From Escherichia phage vB_EcoM_SA21RB, in the sequence record OL960580: 64,000 nt of DNA. The stretch is one strand, 5' to 3'. The position numbers and the translations under genes were made by a program. Shown one piece after another: positions 22,501-31,801 of this stretch (positions within the stretch are counted from its first letter, which is position 1; each line of letters begins with the position of its first letter). A model generated the notes under the pieces. The model saw only the letters and a program-made list of their open reading frames with translations, had not been told where the DNA came from and did no database searches.

Positions 22501-23465
22501 TGTATTCTTTAGAGGAATTTAATAATCAAGCAATAAACGCAGATTTCCAGCGTAATAATATGTTTAGCTGCGTTTTTGCGACAACTCCATCAACTAAAAG
22601 CTCTTCGTTGATAAGTTCAATTAGCAACTTTTCTTATAATAACTTGGGCCTAAATTCAGATTGGTTAGGATTGACTCAAGGCGATATTAATCAGGGAATT
22701 ACCACGCTAATTACTGCTGGCACACAAAAACTGATAAGAAAATCAGGGGTTAGTAAATATCTTATTGGTGCCATGAGTCAACGTACAGTTCAAAGTTTAT
22801 TGGGCTCATTTACAGTTGGTACATATTTAATTGACTTCTTTAATATGGCATATAACTCATCTGGGTTGATGATATACTCTGTAAAAATGCCAGAGAATAG
22901 ATTATCCTATGAAACTGACTGGAACTATAACTCTCCTAATATTCGTATAACTGGGAGAGAATTAGACCCTTTGGTTATTTCATTTAGAATGGATTCAGAA
23001 GCTTGTAACTATCGTGCAATGCAAGACTGGGTTAACGCTGTTCAAGACCCAGTAACTGGACTGCGTGCTTTGCCACAAGATGTCGAGGCAGATATTCAGG
23101 TTAATCTTCATTCTCGTAATGGATTGCCTCATACTGCGGTGATGTTCACCGGATGCATTCCAATATCAGTGAGCGCTCCTGAGTTATCATATGATGGAGA
23201 TAACCAAATAACTACATTTGATGTTACTTTTGCGTACAGAGTGATGCAGGCTGGAGCGGTTGATAGGCAAGCTGCGCTTGAATGGCTTGAATCTGCTGCT
23301 ATAAATGGTATTCAAAGCGTTCTCGGAAATAGTGGAGGTGTTACTGGACTATCTAATTCGCTTTCACGACTTAGTAGATTAGGAGGGACTGCTGGAAGCA
23401 TTTCAAACATTAATACTATGACAGGAATTGTTAATTCGCAGAGTAAAATATTAGGAGCAATATAA
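22500..23465 (+). CDS. 54: Baseplate tail tube initiator gp54
   Basis: 321-aa ORF following gene 48. Confidence 0.9.
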   Translation: MYSLEEFNNQAINADFQRNNMFSCVFATTPSTKSSSLISSISNFSYNNLGLNSDWLGLTQGDINQGITTLITAGTQKLIRKSGVSKYLIGAMSQRTVQSLLGSFTVGTYLIDFFNMAYNSSGLMIYSVKMPENRLSYETDWNYNSPNIRITGRELDPLVISFRMDSEACNYRAMQDWVNAVQDPVTGLRALPQDVEADIQVNLHSRNGLPHTAVMFTGCIPISVSAPELSYDGDNQITTFDVTFAYRVMQAGAVDRQAALEWLESAAINGIQSVLGNSGGVTGLSNSLSRLSRLGGTAGSISNINTMTGIVNSQSKILGAI

Positions 23466-23469
23466 CAAT

Positions 23470-23495
23470 GGGGACCTTTCGGTCCCCATATTTTT
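23470..23495. terminator. Bidirectional terminator between gene 54 (+) and the minus-strand alt region
   Basis: GGGGACC-UUUC-GGUCCCC hairpin followed by a U-rich tract. Confidence 0.75.
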
Positions 23496-23784
23496 ATTTA
23501 CGGAATGAAATGAAAGCAGAAACTGAAGCAACTAAACTGTCTTCAATATAAACTTCAATTTTTACCGGAGCTTCTGACTCGAATTTACCTGTTACTACAC
23601 CTTGGAAAATACTTTCAGTTTGTTCTGGCTTTGAAAAATTTTCAGAAGGAAAAATTCCGAACTTTTTATCTGTTCCAAAAATTTTGATAAATTCATCATA
23701 AACTGCTTCATTAAAAGCATTATCAGCAGGAATAACGCCTTCAACTACAAGTTCTTGACCTAAAAAGCGCAAAGAAGATTTCAT
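23494..23784 (-). CDS. Hypothetical protein (T4 alt.-x position)
   Basis: 96-aa ATG ORF with SD AAGGA, downstream of an early promoter. Confidence 0.7.
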   Translation of the reverse strand: MKSSLRFLGQELVVEGVIPADNAFNEAVYDEFIKIFGTDKKFGIFPSENFSKPEQTESIFQGVVTGKFESEAPVKIEVYIEDSLVASVSAFISFRK

Positions 23785-23796
23785 TTTGTGTTCCTT

Positions 23797-23845
23797 ATGT
23801 TATATCAGTAAGATTACTATAACACAACACGAGGGACTTGTAAAC
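23797..23845. repeat. 49-bp promoter-leader repeat, copy A (48/49 identical to 39071-39119)
   Basis: Direct comparison of the two sequences. Confidence 0.9.
23816..23845 (-). promoter_or_regulatory. T4-type early promoter (GTTTAC -35, 18-nt spacer, TATAGT -10)
   Basis: Reverse complement of the plus-strand sequence; sits upstream of the 96-aa ORF. Confidence 0.65.
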
Positions 23846-25902
23846 TACATTTTGAACTTTTTAGACATTCCGTTAATGTTAACCAAAGAAGCTAAGATTT
23901 GAGAAACTTCGTTTTCCTCTTCTTTTGATTCTTCTACAAGGAATTGATTAAATCCAGCCATTGGACGAACTTCACCAGTTTCCATTAAATGGTCGCCATC
24001 ATATACTGATTCTTCTAATTGTTCAGAAGGAGGAACGATTGTACCTTCGATTAGATACTTATTATAAGCAGTTTCTTTCATAAAGTACGTACTTACTTTA
24101 TTAATCTTCAGTAAAATTCCACGCGGTAGAATAACTTCAGCTTCTGATGGAAATCCTGATAAATGACCTGGAACGATAACTTTGATTCGCTCAGCTCCTT
24201 TAATTACCATACCCACGCTAGTTTCAGCATCTTCATTAGCATATGTAGAATGACTACCCATATGCATCAAATCTTCTGCATCAACGGAACCTTCTCCTTC
24301 ACCAGAAAATACTGCGCCGGAATCATCTAGAGCCATATAGTTTTTACCATGCTCACCGAAGATATTTGGTTTAAGCGATGTGGATACGAAGTTCTTGAAA
24401 TAGAACATTTTATTTTCAATGTTATGACGCAAAGTTTTAAAGGTAACTTCTTGCCCACGATAAAGAGTAGTTCCTGGAGGAAGAACTGAACCTTTAGCAA
24501 ATGCAGAATCCAACGTCTCGATGTGTTTAATAGCTCGTTCCATATATTCTTCACGAGTAGAATCTGGTTTACCCAAGAGGAACGAGTTCATTTCAACATA
24601 TGAATCTGCACAATAATCTTCAATTACATCAGACTCAGCCTGAGTCAGTCCTTTTGGAGTTACTTCGGTGCTTGCGTATTCATATGCCTGAGCAGCAGAT
24701 TCATTAATCAATTTATAAATGCCATTCATGACAAATTGAATAATAGCTGTCTTTTCATCTGACGTAGCTTTAGAACCTTTAACTAAATCATTGATAATTT
24801 TCTTAATAACATCAAAGCTATTAGAAATATTAATATCAGCAAGATCGCTTAAAATTTTATCAGTTTTATAATCAAAGAATTCTTTATTCTTTAAATATTC
24901 TTGAGAACCTTGATATGTTATATCGCTCTGCAACTTGATGGATGGATCACGTAAACGTGCATGGGCTAATGCAATATGATTTCGGAAGTTTTCTAGTTCA
25001 TAATCGCTAGATTTAAAACGAGAAGCACTTCTCATACCACCGATAGCTCCTTTGCTGAAGTTTGAACCAATCTGAATAACGCCAGAGTTCATTGGTCCTT
25101 CTGCTTTATATACCGGAACTTTAGATTCAAACTCTTGATATTTCTTGGCAGCGAAGCTATCACCCTGAAGCGAAGCATCTACAGTAGAATATTGAGCTTG
25201 CGCTGCTAATCGACGACTAATTTTAGTTTTCTGAATAACAGCTTGATCCGTGCGCTTATCATTTTCTAAAGCAATAGAAGCAGCAACAGCAACAGCTTTA
25301 GGAACAGCATTACCTGTTTTAACATCTACATAAACATCACCAACCTTTGATTCAACTTTTGTGAATAACTCAGTTGAAATAGGAGGTACACCTGGAATGT
25401 CTTCTAAATTGGCATTTTTACGGTAAACCATAATATATGCATACTTTTTATCATAATCCCAGATTTCCTTTAAAAGAACATATCGACCTGCTCCTTTAGT
25501 ACGTACTAAACGGTCAGCAATAACTTGCATTTGACGAGCTGCGCCATTTGTTTTACTTTTTAGTACGCGGAATAGGCATGCGTCAATTTTATACTGTTTC
25601 ATTGTTTGAAGAGCAGTATCAAAAACCGCATTAATAACACCAATTGGATTTCCACCCAAGTTTTTAAGTTTAACTAATGATAGTTTCTCATTAACACCTA
25701 TCATTACGATATGCATCATTTTATCGCCTGGCTTAACGTTTTTATTTGTATCACCGCCAGAGGTGTATGTACAAAATCTAAATCCAGGAAGCACGCTTTC
25801 TTCGCCGGCTTGAATAGCAAAAATTTGAGGTATTTTATGCTTAGGATTTAAGTTAACAACCGGCGCCGAAGCGCCGTCAAATAATTCTGTAATAAGTTCC
25901 AT
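23845..25902 (-). CDS. Alt-like ADP-ribosyltransferase paralog (685 aa)
   Basis: N-terminus MELITELFD shared with the neighbouring paralog; ART motifs YRGQ, STS and EAEVILPRG. Confidence 0.85.
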   Translation of the reverse strand: MELITELFDGASAPVVNLNPKHKIPQIFAIQAGEESVLPGFRFCTYTSGGDTNKNVKPGDKMMHIVMIGVNEKLSLVKLKNLGGNPIGVINAVFDTALQTMKQYKIDACLFRVLKSKTNGAARQMQVIADRLVRTKGAGRYVLLKEIWDYDKKYAYIMVYRKNANLEDIPGVPPISTELFTKVESKVGDVYVDVKTGNAVPKAVAVAASIALENDKRTDQAVIQKTKISRRLAAQAQYSTVDASLQGDSFAAKKYQEFESKVPVYKAEGPMNSGVIQIGSNFSKGAIGGMRSASRFKSSDYELENFRNHIALAHARLRDPSIKLQSDITYQGSQEYLKNKEFFDYKTDKILSDLADINISNSFDVIKKIINDLVKGSKATSDEKTAIIQFVMNGIYKLINESAAQAYEYASTEVTPKGLTQAESDVIEDYCADSYVEMNSFLLGKPDSTREEYMERAIKHIETLDSAFAKGSVLPPGTTLYRGQEVTFKTLRHNIENKMFYFKNFVSTSLKPNIFGEHGKNYMALDDSGAVFSGEGEGSVDAEDLMHMGSHSTYANEDAETSVGMVIKGAERIKVIVPGHLSGFPSEAEVILPRGILLKINKVSTYFMKETAYNKYLIEGTIVPPSEQLEESVYDGDHLMETGEVRPMAGFNQFLVEESKEEENEVSQILASLVNINGMSKKFKM

Positions 25903-25905
25903 GAT

Positions 25906-28002
25906 TTATCCTTGAACGAACTTGTAAGGCATGTTTGTAATATCTATGCAAGACGCAATAATTCCAAGAGATGATTCTACTTTTTGTTTAACATTTGATG
26001 AAACAAATGATGCAAAGTCAACTCTGTCTTCTATTTCAATATCACCTGTCATTGCAACTACTTCACCAGTTTCCATTAGACGGTCACCGTCATAAATTAC
26101 TGATTCGGTGAGTTCTTCCGTAGTCATAACTTCAGCTTGAATGAGTTTTGTATTATTAGATGTTGTTCCGTCATTATTAGAAGCATCAGTTATTTTATTA
26201 ACTTTGACCATCAATCCGCGTGGTAGAATAACTTCAGCTTCTGTTGCTATTCCGAGACTTCCTGGATATACAACATTAACTTTATGTGCGCCGTCAATTG
26301 CCCATCCTATTTGAACTTTAACGTATTCAGGATTTTCTTTATACGCTCTTATTTCGTTTGGATTAATAGTTATTCCTTCTTCATTTTTATCAACTGTCAA
26401 TTCATTACGAGCTTCTGGTTCTAAAAGACCAATACCAGCATGTGTAATTCCAAAACGTCCAAAAATGATAGGAGTTAAAGAAGTAGATACAAAATTTCTG
26501 AAATAGAACACTTTATTTTTAACTAGTGCTTCGTATATAGGAGCAGTCATACTTTGTGCACGATAAACTGTAATGCCTTCCGGTATACGGTCACCATTTT
26601 CAAAAGCTGAATCTAAGTTATTTATAGCAGATTCAATTTCTTTTTCACTCATTACATCATATCGTTCTGGATTGTAGCGTCCTAAAAGAAGATTATTGAT
26701 GTCAGTATATCCTGAACCACAATACTCTCTAATGCCGCGCTTTTGTGATGGAGTATATTTAGAACCATCACGGGCAATAGTAATATCAATCATTGGACCT
26801 GCACCAATTCCAGAAAAGCTATAAATCATTCGTTTGAGGAATTTAGTTTTTGCTGCGTTCCAGGAATTTTTAGTTATTTCTTCCCAGACTTCATCTGGCT
26901 GTCCTTTACGGGTTTTATTATGTTTATCAAGCCAAGTATCTTTATATTCTTCAAAGAATTTATTAATAGCTGCTGCATACTTCTCTAAACATTTTATTGA
27001 AGTAGTTGGTTCATTTTTGATCGCGTTAAAAATTACATCTTTAATTTTTTCAGAAACTTCATTAACCTCACTTTTTGAAAAGAATTTATAATCATAGTGA
27101 AGTTCATCTGCAGTTCCTTCAGCAATAATTTTTGCTGCCTTAGTTTTAGAAGCCAATGAATTAATTCCAAGTTTCATTTCTTCTGCTTCAGGAATTAAAG
27201 GAGCGGTAGCAGGTTTATTGAAATTAGCTGCGGTAGATTCATACTTCTGGAATAATTCACTTTCAAATCTAGAAGATTCCAATGACTGACTTTGTGCAAT
27301 TGCTCTACGGGAAATTTTAACTTTAACGATTACAGCTTGGTCAGAACGTTTATCATTTTCTTGCGCAATAGATGCAGCAATTGCCTCATTTTTAGTTACT
27401 TGAGCTCCAGTATCTTTATTGATATAAACATCACCGACCTTCGATTCAACTTTAGTAAAGAGCTCGGTGCTAATTTCCGGAATTCCTGGAATGTCTTCTA
27501 GTGATACATTTTTGCGATGTATAAGAATATATGCATACTTTTTATCGTAATCCCAGAGTTCCTTAAGAAGGACGTATCTGCCACCCGAACGACTACGGAT
27601 AAGTCTATCAGCAATAACTTGAATTTGTCGAGCTTGACCAGCAGTTTTAGACTTAAGAATACGGAGCATACAGGCATCAATTTTATACTGACGCATCGTC
27701 TGCATTGCAACAGTAAAAACTGAATTGATGTAATTAATTGGGCTTGGACCGAGACCTTTCAATTTAGCAATTGAACCTTTAGCAGTTAATGTAAAAGGAA
27801 CAATATGCATCATTTTATCGCCCATTTTTAAATCGCGATTAGTATCACCTCCAGATGTATAGGTACATAAACGAAAGCCTGGTTGTTCAATTGCGTCATC
27901 AACATGAACTGAAAAAATTTGCGGTATTTTCTTCTTTGGATTTAAGTTTGTAATCGGAAGAGTAGTATCTTCGTCAAATAATTCTGTAATAAGTTCCATC
28001 AT
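25906..28002 (-). CDS. alt: Alt ADP-ribosyltransferase (698 aa), packaged capsid effector
   Basis: R-S-E ART motifs (VYRAQ, FVSTSL, EAEVILPRG); adjacent to the gene 30 side as T4 alt. Confidence 0.85.
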   Translation of the reverse strand: MMELITELFDEDTTLPITNLNPKKKIPQIFSVHVDDAIEQPGFRLCTYTSGGDTNRDLKMGDKMMHIVPFTLTAKGSIAKLKGLGPSPINYINSVFTVAMQTMRQYKIDACMLRILKSKTAGQARQIQVIADRLIRSRSGGRYVLLKELWDYDKKYAYILIHRKNVSLEDIPGIPEISTELFTKVESKVGDVYINKDTGAQVTKNEAIAASIAQENDKRSDQAVIVKVKISRRAIAQSQSLESSRFESELFQKYESTAANFNKPATAPLIPEAEEMKLGINSLASKTKAAKIIAEGTADELHYDYKFFSKSEVNEVSEKIKDVIFNAIKNEPTTSIKCLEKYAAAINKFFEEYKDTWLDKHNKTRKGQPDEVWEEITKNSWNAAKTKFLKRMIYSFSGIGAGPMIDITIARDGSKYTPSQKRGIREYCGSGYTDINNLLLGRYNPERYDVMSEKEIESAINNLDSAFENGDRIPEGITVYRAQSMTAPIYEALVKNKVFYFRNFVSTSLTPIIFGRFGITHAGIGLLEPEARNELTVDKNEEGITINPNEIRAYKENPEYVKVQIGWAIDGAHKVNVVYPGSLGIATEAEVILPRGLMVKVNKITDASNNDGTTSNNTKLIQAEVMTTEELTESVIYDGDRLMETGEVVAMTGDIEIEDRVDFASFVSSNVKQKVESSLGIIASCIDITNMPYKFVQG

Positions 28003-28022
28003 AGCCTCTCTAGTGTTTATTC

Positions 28023-28030
28023 TATTTATA
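28023..28030 (-). promoter_or_regulatory. Late promoter box TATAAATA (minus strand) upstream of alt
   Basis: Reverse complement of plus TATTTATA about 20 nt upstream of the alt ATG; SD GAGAGG follows. Confidence 0.55.
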
Positions 28031-28036
28031 AAATTA

Positions 28037-28054
28037 AAGGCCCGAAGGCCTTTA
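28037..28054 (-). terminator. Stem-loop AAAGGCC-CGAA-GGCCUUU between the 62-aa ORF and alt
   Basis: 7-bp stem with 4-nt loop, AT-rich flank. Confidence 0.55.
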
Positions 28055-28240
28055 GTAATCTAGTGGTAAGAGAGTACGATATATTTCAAACTTTGGTCCT
28101 TTTTCATAGGCATCAAATGTTTCTGTAAATTTATTATAAGCATATGCATCTACAAATTCGAGAATGACTTGTGATACAGAAGTAGAAACATCTCCACCTT
28201 CTTTTTGAGCAATGACAATTGTTTCTAAGTAAGCTTTCAT
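28052..28240 (-). CDS. Hypothetical protein, 62 aa, between gene 30 and alt
   Basis: ATG ORF with ATGA overlap onto the gene 30 stop. Confidence 0.6.
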   Translation of the reverse strand: MKAYLETIVIAQKEGGDVSTSVSQVILEFVDAYAYNKFTETFDAYEKGPKFEIYRTLLPLDY

Positions 28241-29700
28241 AGACCAGTTACCTCATGAAAATCACCAAATACATCCTCGAATGTATTAGCTTTAGTTTTA
28301 TCTTCGCGTAAACGAATCGCAATCGGAAGAAATAATTTAACGTAATCAGTGCGGCCATCAGATTTTAACCAACCATTGCATTCGCACTCTAGAATTTTTC
28401 CAATATAATAATTTTGGTTTTCCATAATGCGAGTACGGTCAAGTTCATGTGATTTTACACCGGCTTTATCTTTTAAGCCTGAACCAGCATTTACTTTAAT
28501 TTTTCCACATTCTGATTCAAGAATAAATCCACCGGCTTTAGTAGGGTCTTTACGGTGAGGATAAATTCCTACAATTTTTAAATCAACATCAATTACTTCT
28601 TTAAATTTATAGAGATTTTTTGAACGAGCATTTTCCCACAATCCATCGGTATTTTTGAGAATAATACCTTCAAGACCTTGGTCAATATATTTTTTATAAA
28701 TTACCTTAGCTTCATCTAGGTTATTTACTACCTGGTTTTCAATTAAAATTACTTTATCATATCCTGATGTCATTTGTTCTAGTTTAGAAAAACGTACATC
28801 ATATTTTAAACGAAACGCCGGAAGACCGTATATTTCTACCAACGGGACATAATCCCAGACCTGAAACTTCATACATTGAGCTTCTTTTTCAGAAATGGTT
28901 CCTTTTAAGGATTTATTGGCGATTCCATTAGAAGTAGTACGAGATTCCGCTACTTCGGCGAATTCTTTAGCTTTACTAATTTCAGGATAAGCATCAAAAA
29001 GAAAATCTAGGCCTTCTGGTTCCTTTTTAACTTGCTCATGGTATACCAATTCGCCATCAATTAACACACCTTCTGGATGAATCTGGCGGGCTTCAGCAGT
29101 CATTTTGATTAACTCTTCCTTAAGAAGATCTAATCCTAGATATTCATTACCAGCTCGTGATAAAAGACGAACATCATCTAATTCATCGCCTCGGACTTCA
29201 GCAAAACACCGAGCTCCATCTGCTTTTAACTGCGCAAAGGCTGGAAACTTGATATTCTTACTAATGCCTTTTTCATCATAAGAACTTGCCAGCATTTGAG
29301 GTTGTTCAGGAATTAAACCTGGCCAAACTTTATTTGCAATAGATACTGAAGCACCGCATTCAAGGTCTCGCATCATAACTCGACGCAAAACTTCAACATC
29401 ATCCTTTTTACCATCGGTGATATATCCAATTAATTCCTCAATTGCCGCATTTCCAGTCAATTTCCGAGTAGCTAACGTGAATTCAATGAAGTCAAGCATA
29501 TCGGTAATAGTCAGCATTCCAAAACTCTGGGTAGCAATACCAGGTTTAGGCCATTTCTTGATATAATACTGTAACCCACGAGAATAAGTTAGACGATATA
29601 CTCGTTTAAGCAATTCATTATCTTTATTCTTTTCAAGAATTGCTTGCTTCTGCTTAGTTGATCCAATAGATGCTATTTCATTCAGAATTTTAAGAATCAT
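28237..29700 (-). CDS. 30: ATP-dependent DNA ligase gp30
   Basis: 487-aa ORF with ligase adenylation motif KADGAR; length of T4 gp30. Confidence 0.93.
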   Translation of the reverse strand: MILKILNEIASIGSTKQKQAILEKNKDNELLKRVYRLTYSRGLQYYIKKWPKPGIATQSFGMLTITDMLDFIEFTLATRKLTGNAAIEELIGYITDGKKDDVEVLRRVMMRDLECGASVSIANKVWPGLIPEQPQMLASSYDEKGISKNIKFPAFAQLKADGARCFAEVRGDELDDVRLLSRAGNEYLGLDLLKEELIKMTAEARQIHPEGVLIDGELVYHEQVKKEPEGLDFLFDAYPEISKAKEFAEVAESRTTSNGIANKSLKGTISEKEAQCMKFQVWDYVPLVEIYGLPAFRLKYDVRFSKLEQMTSGYDKVILIENQVVNNLDEAKVIYKKYIDQGLEGIILKNTDGLWENARSKNLYKFKEVIDVDLKIVGIYPHRKDPTKAGGFILESECGKIKVNAGSGLKDKAGVKSHELDRTRIMENQNYYIGKILECECNGWLKSDGRTDYVKLFLPIAIRLREDKTKANTFEDVFGDFHEVTGL

Positions 29701-29966
29701 TGTTCATCCTTCAGAGTTTGATTTACAGCTCTATTATAAATCAATTCATCATTAAGCTCAGTCAAAGACTTATGATATGTAGTTCTAACTTTATTTCCTT
29801 GCATCCAGTGCTTGATATAAATGAAACCTTGCTCTACGCATTTTTTAAAAATTCGTTCGTCTTTTTGAGCTCGGAATTCTGGATTGCATCTAAAAAATTG
29901 ATTTACGTGACCGTAATCACGCGTAGTATTACCTTCATTTTCATAAATAGTGTGAACGACAAACAT
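29697..29966 (-). CDS. 30.1: Hypothetical protein (30.1 position)
   Basis: 89-aa ORF overlapping neighbours by 4 nt. Confidence 0.65.
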   Translation of the reverse strand: MFVVHTIYENEGNTTRDYGHVNQFFRCNPEFRAQKDERIFKKCVEQGFIYIKHWMQGNKVRTTYHKSLTELNDELIYNRAVNQTLKDEQ

Positions 29967-30805
29967 TAGAATGCTCCTTGGAAAATATTATCACCACAAG
30001 TAGGTCTATTATACAAATACTCTATTCCACCAGGTTTAATATAGTTCCATGTCTGAAACGGATGTGTCTGATATGGATGATATAGATGATTATAAGGATT
30101 AACTCCAGGTGTTCTCCAGGTAGTGTTCCAACGAAAAGAATCATTTTTAATCATCTTTTCAATTATATTTTTTATAGCTTTTTCGCTATCAAAACTTTCT
30201 TTATTTTCCTTTGGTGAAAAAAGCTTATTTTCTACATCATTCCATGTATAAACTCGCTGCGCAGTTTTTGGAATATTGTCACGCTCTCCTCGAGCCATCC
30301 AATAAACTGGAACATTTAATATTTCACTCGCGTGGTCGCAGTGGTGAGCGAGATCGTCAATATAACAAATTACGTTATATTTCTCTTTTGCCTTTTTGAA
30401 TAACTCTTCTTTTGAAGAATCATGACCACACATCATTACTTCTGAGAAGGCACCAGGAAAAAGAGCATTCAAATTAAATTGACGATTCAGCAGAGCGTCA
30501 ATAGAATCACCCAATGCTGTAACAGCTACAAAATTATAATCTTCTTTTAATTTGTTAATTACACACAGGGCATCTTTATATGGAGACAAGTAACGAATAA
30601 AATCTGAACGATTGTATTTTTCAATTAACTTGACGCCAAGTTCTTCATCACAATTAAAGAGTTTACCTGGAGAAATAAATTTCTCATCTTGGATCATTTT
30701 TAAAATATGTTCTAATGGAAGATTATATTTCTGGGCAAAATAAGGAAGGCCTGATTGCCAGCTTAAACATACACCATCAATATCAGTCAAAATAGTTGGC
30801 TTCAT
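29966..30805 (-). CDS. 30.2: HAD-like phosphatase-fold hypothetical protein (30.2 position)
   Basis: 279-aa ORF with N-terminal DIDGV (DxDG[TV], HAD motif I). Confidence 0.7.
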   Translation of the reverse strand: MKPTILTDIDGVCLSWQSGLPYFAQKYNLPLEHILKMIQDEKFISPGKLFNCDEELGVKLIEKYNRSDFIRYLSPYKDALCVINKLKEDYNFVAVTALGDSIDALLNRQFNLNALFPGAFSEVMMCGHDSSKEELFKKAKEKYNVICYIDDLAHHCDHASEILNVPVYWMARGERDNIPKTAQRVYTWNDVENKLFSPKENKESFDSEKAIKNIIEKMIKNDSFRWNTTWRTPGVNPYNHLYHPYQTHPFQTWNYIKPGGIEYLYNRPTCGDNIFQGAF

Positions 30806-31260
30806 AGAGAGTCTCTTAATAGGTTTAACACATCAATAAATTCAGCTTCGGTTAGTATTGTATCATCTTTTGTTAGACCACTAGCCATGCTGTGCTTCAA
30901 AACTTTTCCTTTCGAGGCTTGTAATGCATCGCGAAAGCCCTTATTTTGGATCGCTGCTTCAAAATATGCATTTGTGTATAATTCTTTCCACGCCGGGGAG
31001 TATCTTGAAAACGGAACTCCAAGCCAAAAGAGGGTCCCACGGTCCTGAGCTCTAGCATAAGACCTTCCAGCTTGTTGGGCGGCAAGCCCGGATAACCCAA
31101 ATATACGTCTTTGCTGTTCAACATTTTTCACCTTACACCCTTGGAGAAATCCTTCGAGACCTCCAAATTGGATACCATCCATAACAAAAGGCCATTGGGC
31201 GAAATTACTTAATGCACATGATGGCCATCTAAAATTGCTTCTAATCTCTAATTCAGACAT
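30802..31260 (-). CDS. 30.3: Hypothetical protein (30.3 position)
   Basis: 152-aa ORF. Confidence 0.65.
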   Translation of the reverse strand: MSELEIRSNFRWPSCALSNFAQWPFVMDGIQFGGLEGFLQGCKVKNVEQQRRIFGLSGLAAQQAGRSYARAQDRGTLFWLGVPFSRYSPAWKELYTNAYFEAAIQNKGFRDALQASKGKVLKHSMASGLTKDDTILTEAEFIDVLNLLRDSL

Positions 31261-31468
31261 CTTTAATACTTATAATTTCAATATCAGCCCAATGACCATA
31301 ACTTGGTAAACGGTCTTCAATAGATAATCCGCCATCATATTTAAGCATTTTAATTGTCATAATATATGGCTCTAAATGGTCTTCAGTGAGCGGAGAGACA
31401 TCAGTCACACGATAAGTAACTTCAACCATTTCCGTGCCCAGTAATTTCTGGATTAATTTCTTAAACAT
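31253..31468 (-). CDS. Hypothetical protein (30.x)
   Basis: 71-aa ORF. Confidence 0.55.
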   Translation of the reverse strand: MFKKLIQKLLGTEMVEVTYRVTDVSPLTEDHLEPYIMTIKMLKYDGGLSIEDRLPSYGHWADIEIISIKDV

Positions 31469-31472
31469 TTTA

Positions 31473-31760
31473 TTAAAATCTCATCTGAAAACCGTGTGAT
31501 TTAACATTACCGCCGCCGATATCAGAAATGTTAATTTCGCGCGCGATTGAAGGGTCAATGTCAATTTCACGATTGAGTTTAGTGATAGCTAAAGTATCGC
31601 GGCCATTTACAGTACGGAACTCTAAAGGGCAGACTACATTAACATAGTTTTTAATCGATTCACTGGTAGGCTGCAAATGAGCAGGAAGGTCTTTAGGTGC
31701 CTTTGAGAAAACCACTTCACAGAAATTTTTGCGGGTATCAAAATAAGTAGTCATAAACAT
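31473..31760 (-). CDS. Hypothetical protein (30.x)
   Basis: 95-aa ORF with SD GAGGA. Confidence 0.6.
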   Translation of the reverse strand: MFMTTYFDTRKNFCEVVFSKAPKDLPAHLQPTSESIKNYVNVVCPLEFRTVNGRDTLAITKLNREIDIDPSIAREINISDIGGGNVKSHGFQMRF

Positions 31761-31777
31761 AGTATTTTCCTCAGTAA

Positions 31778-31791
31778 GGGGCCAAAGCCCC
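31778..31791. terminator. Intergenic stem-loop GGGGC-CAAA-GCCCC
   Basis: 5-bp GC stem; plus-strand U-run follows. Confidence 0.4.
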
Positions 31792-31801
31792 TCATTTTAT
31801 T

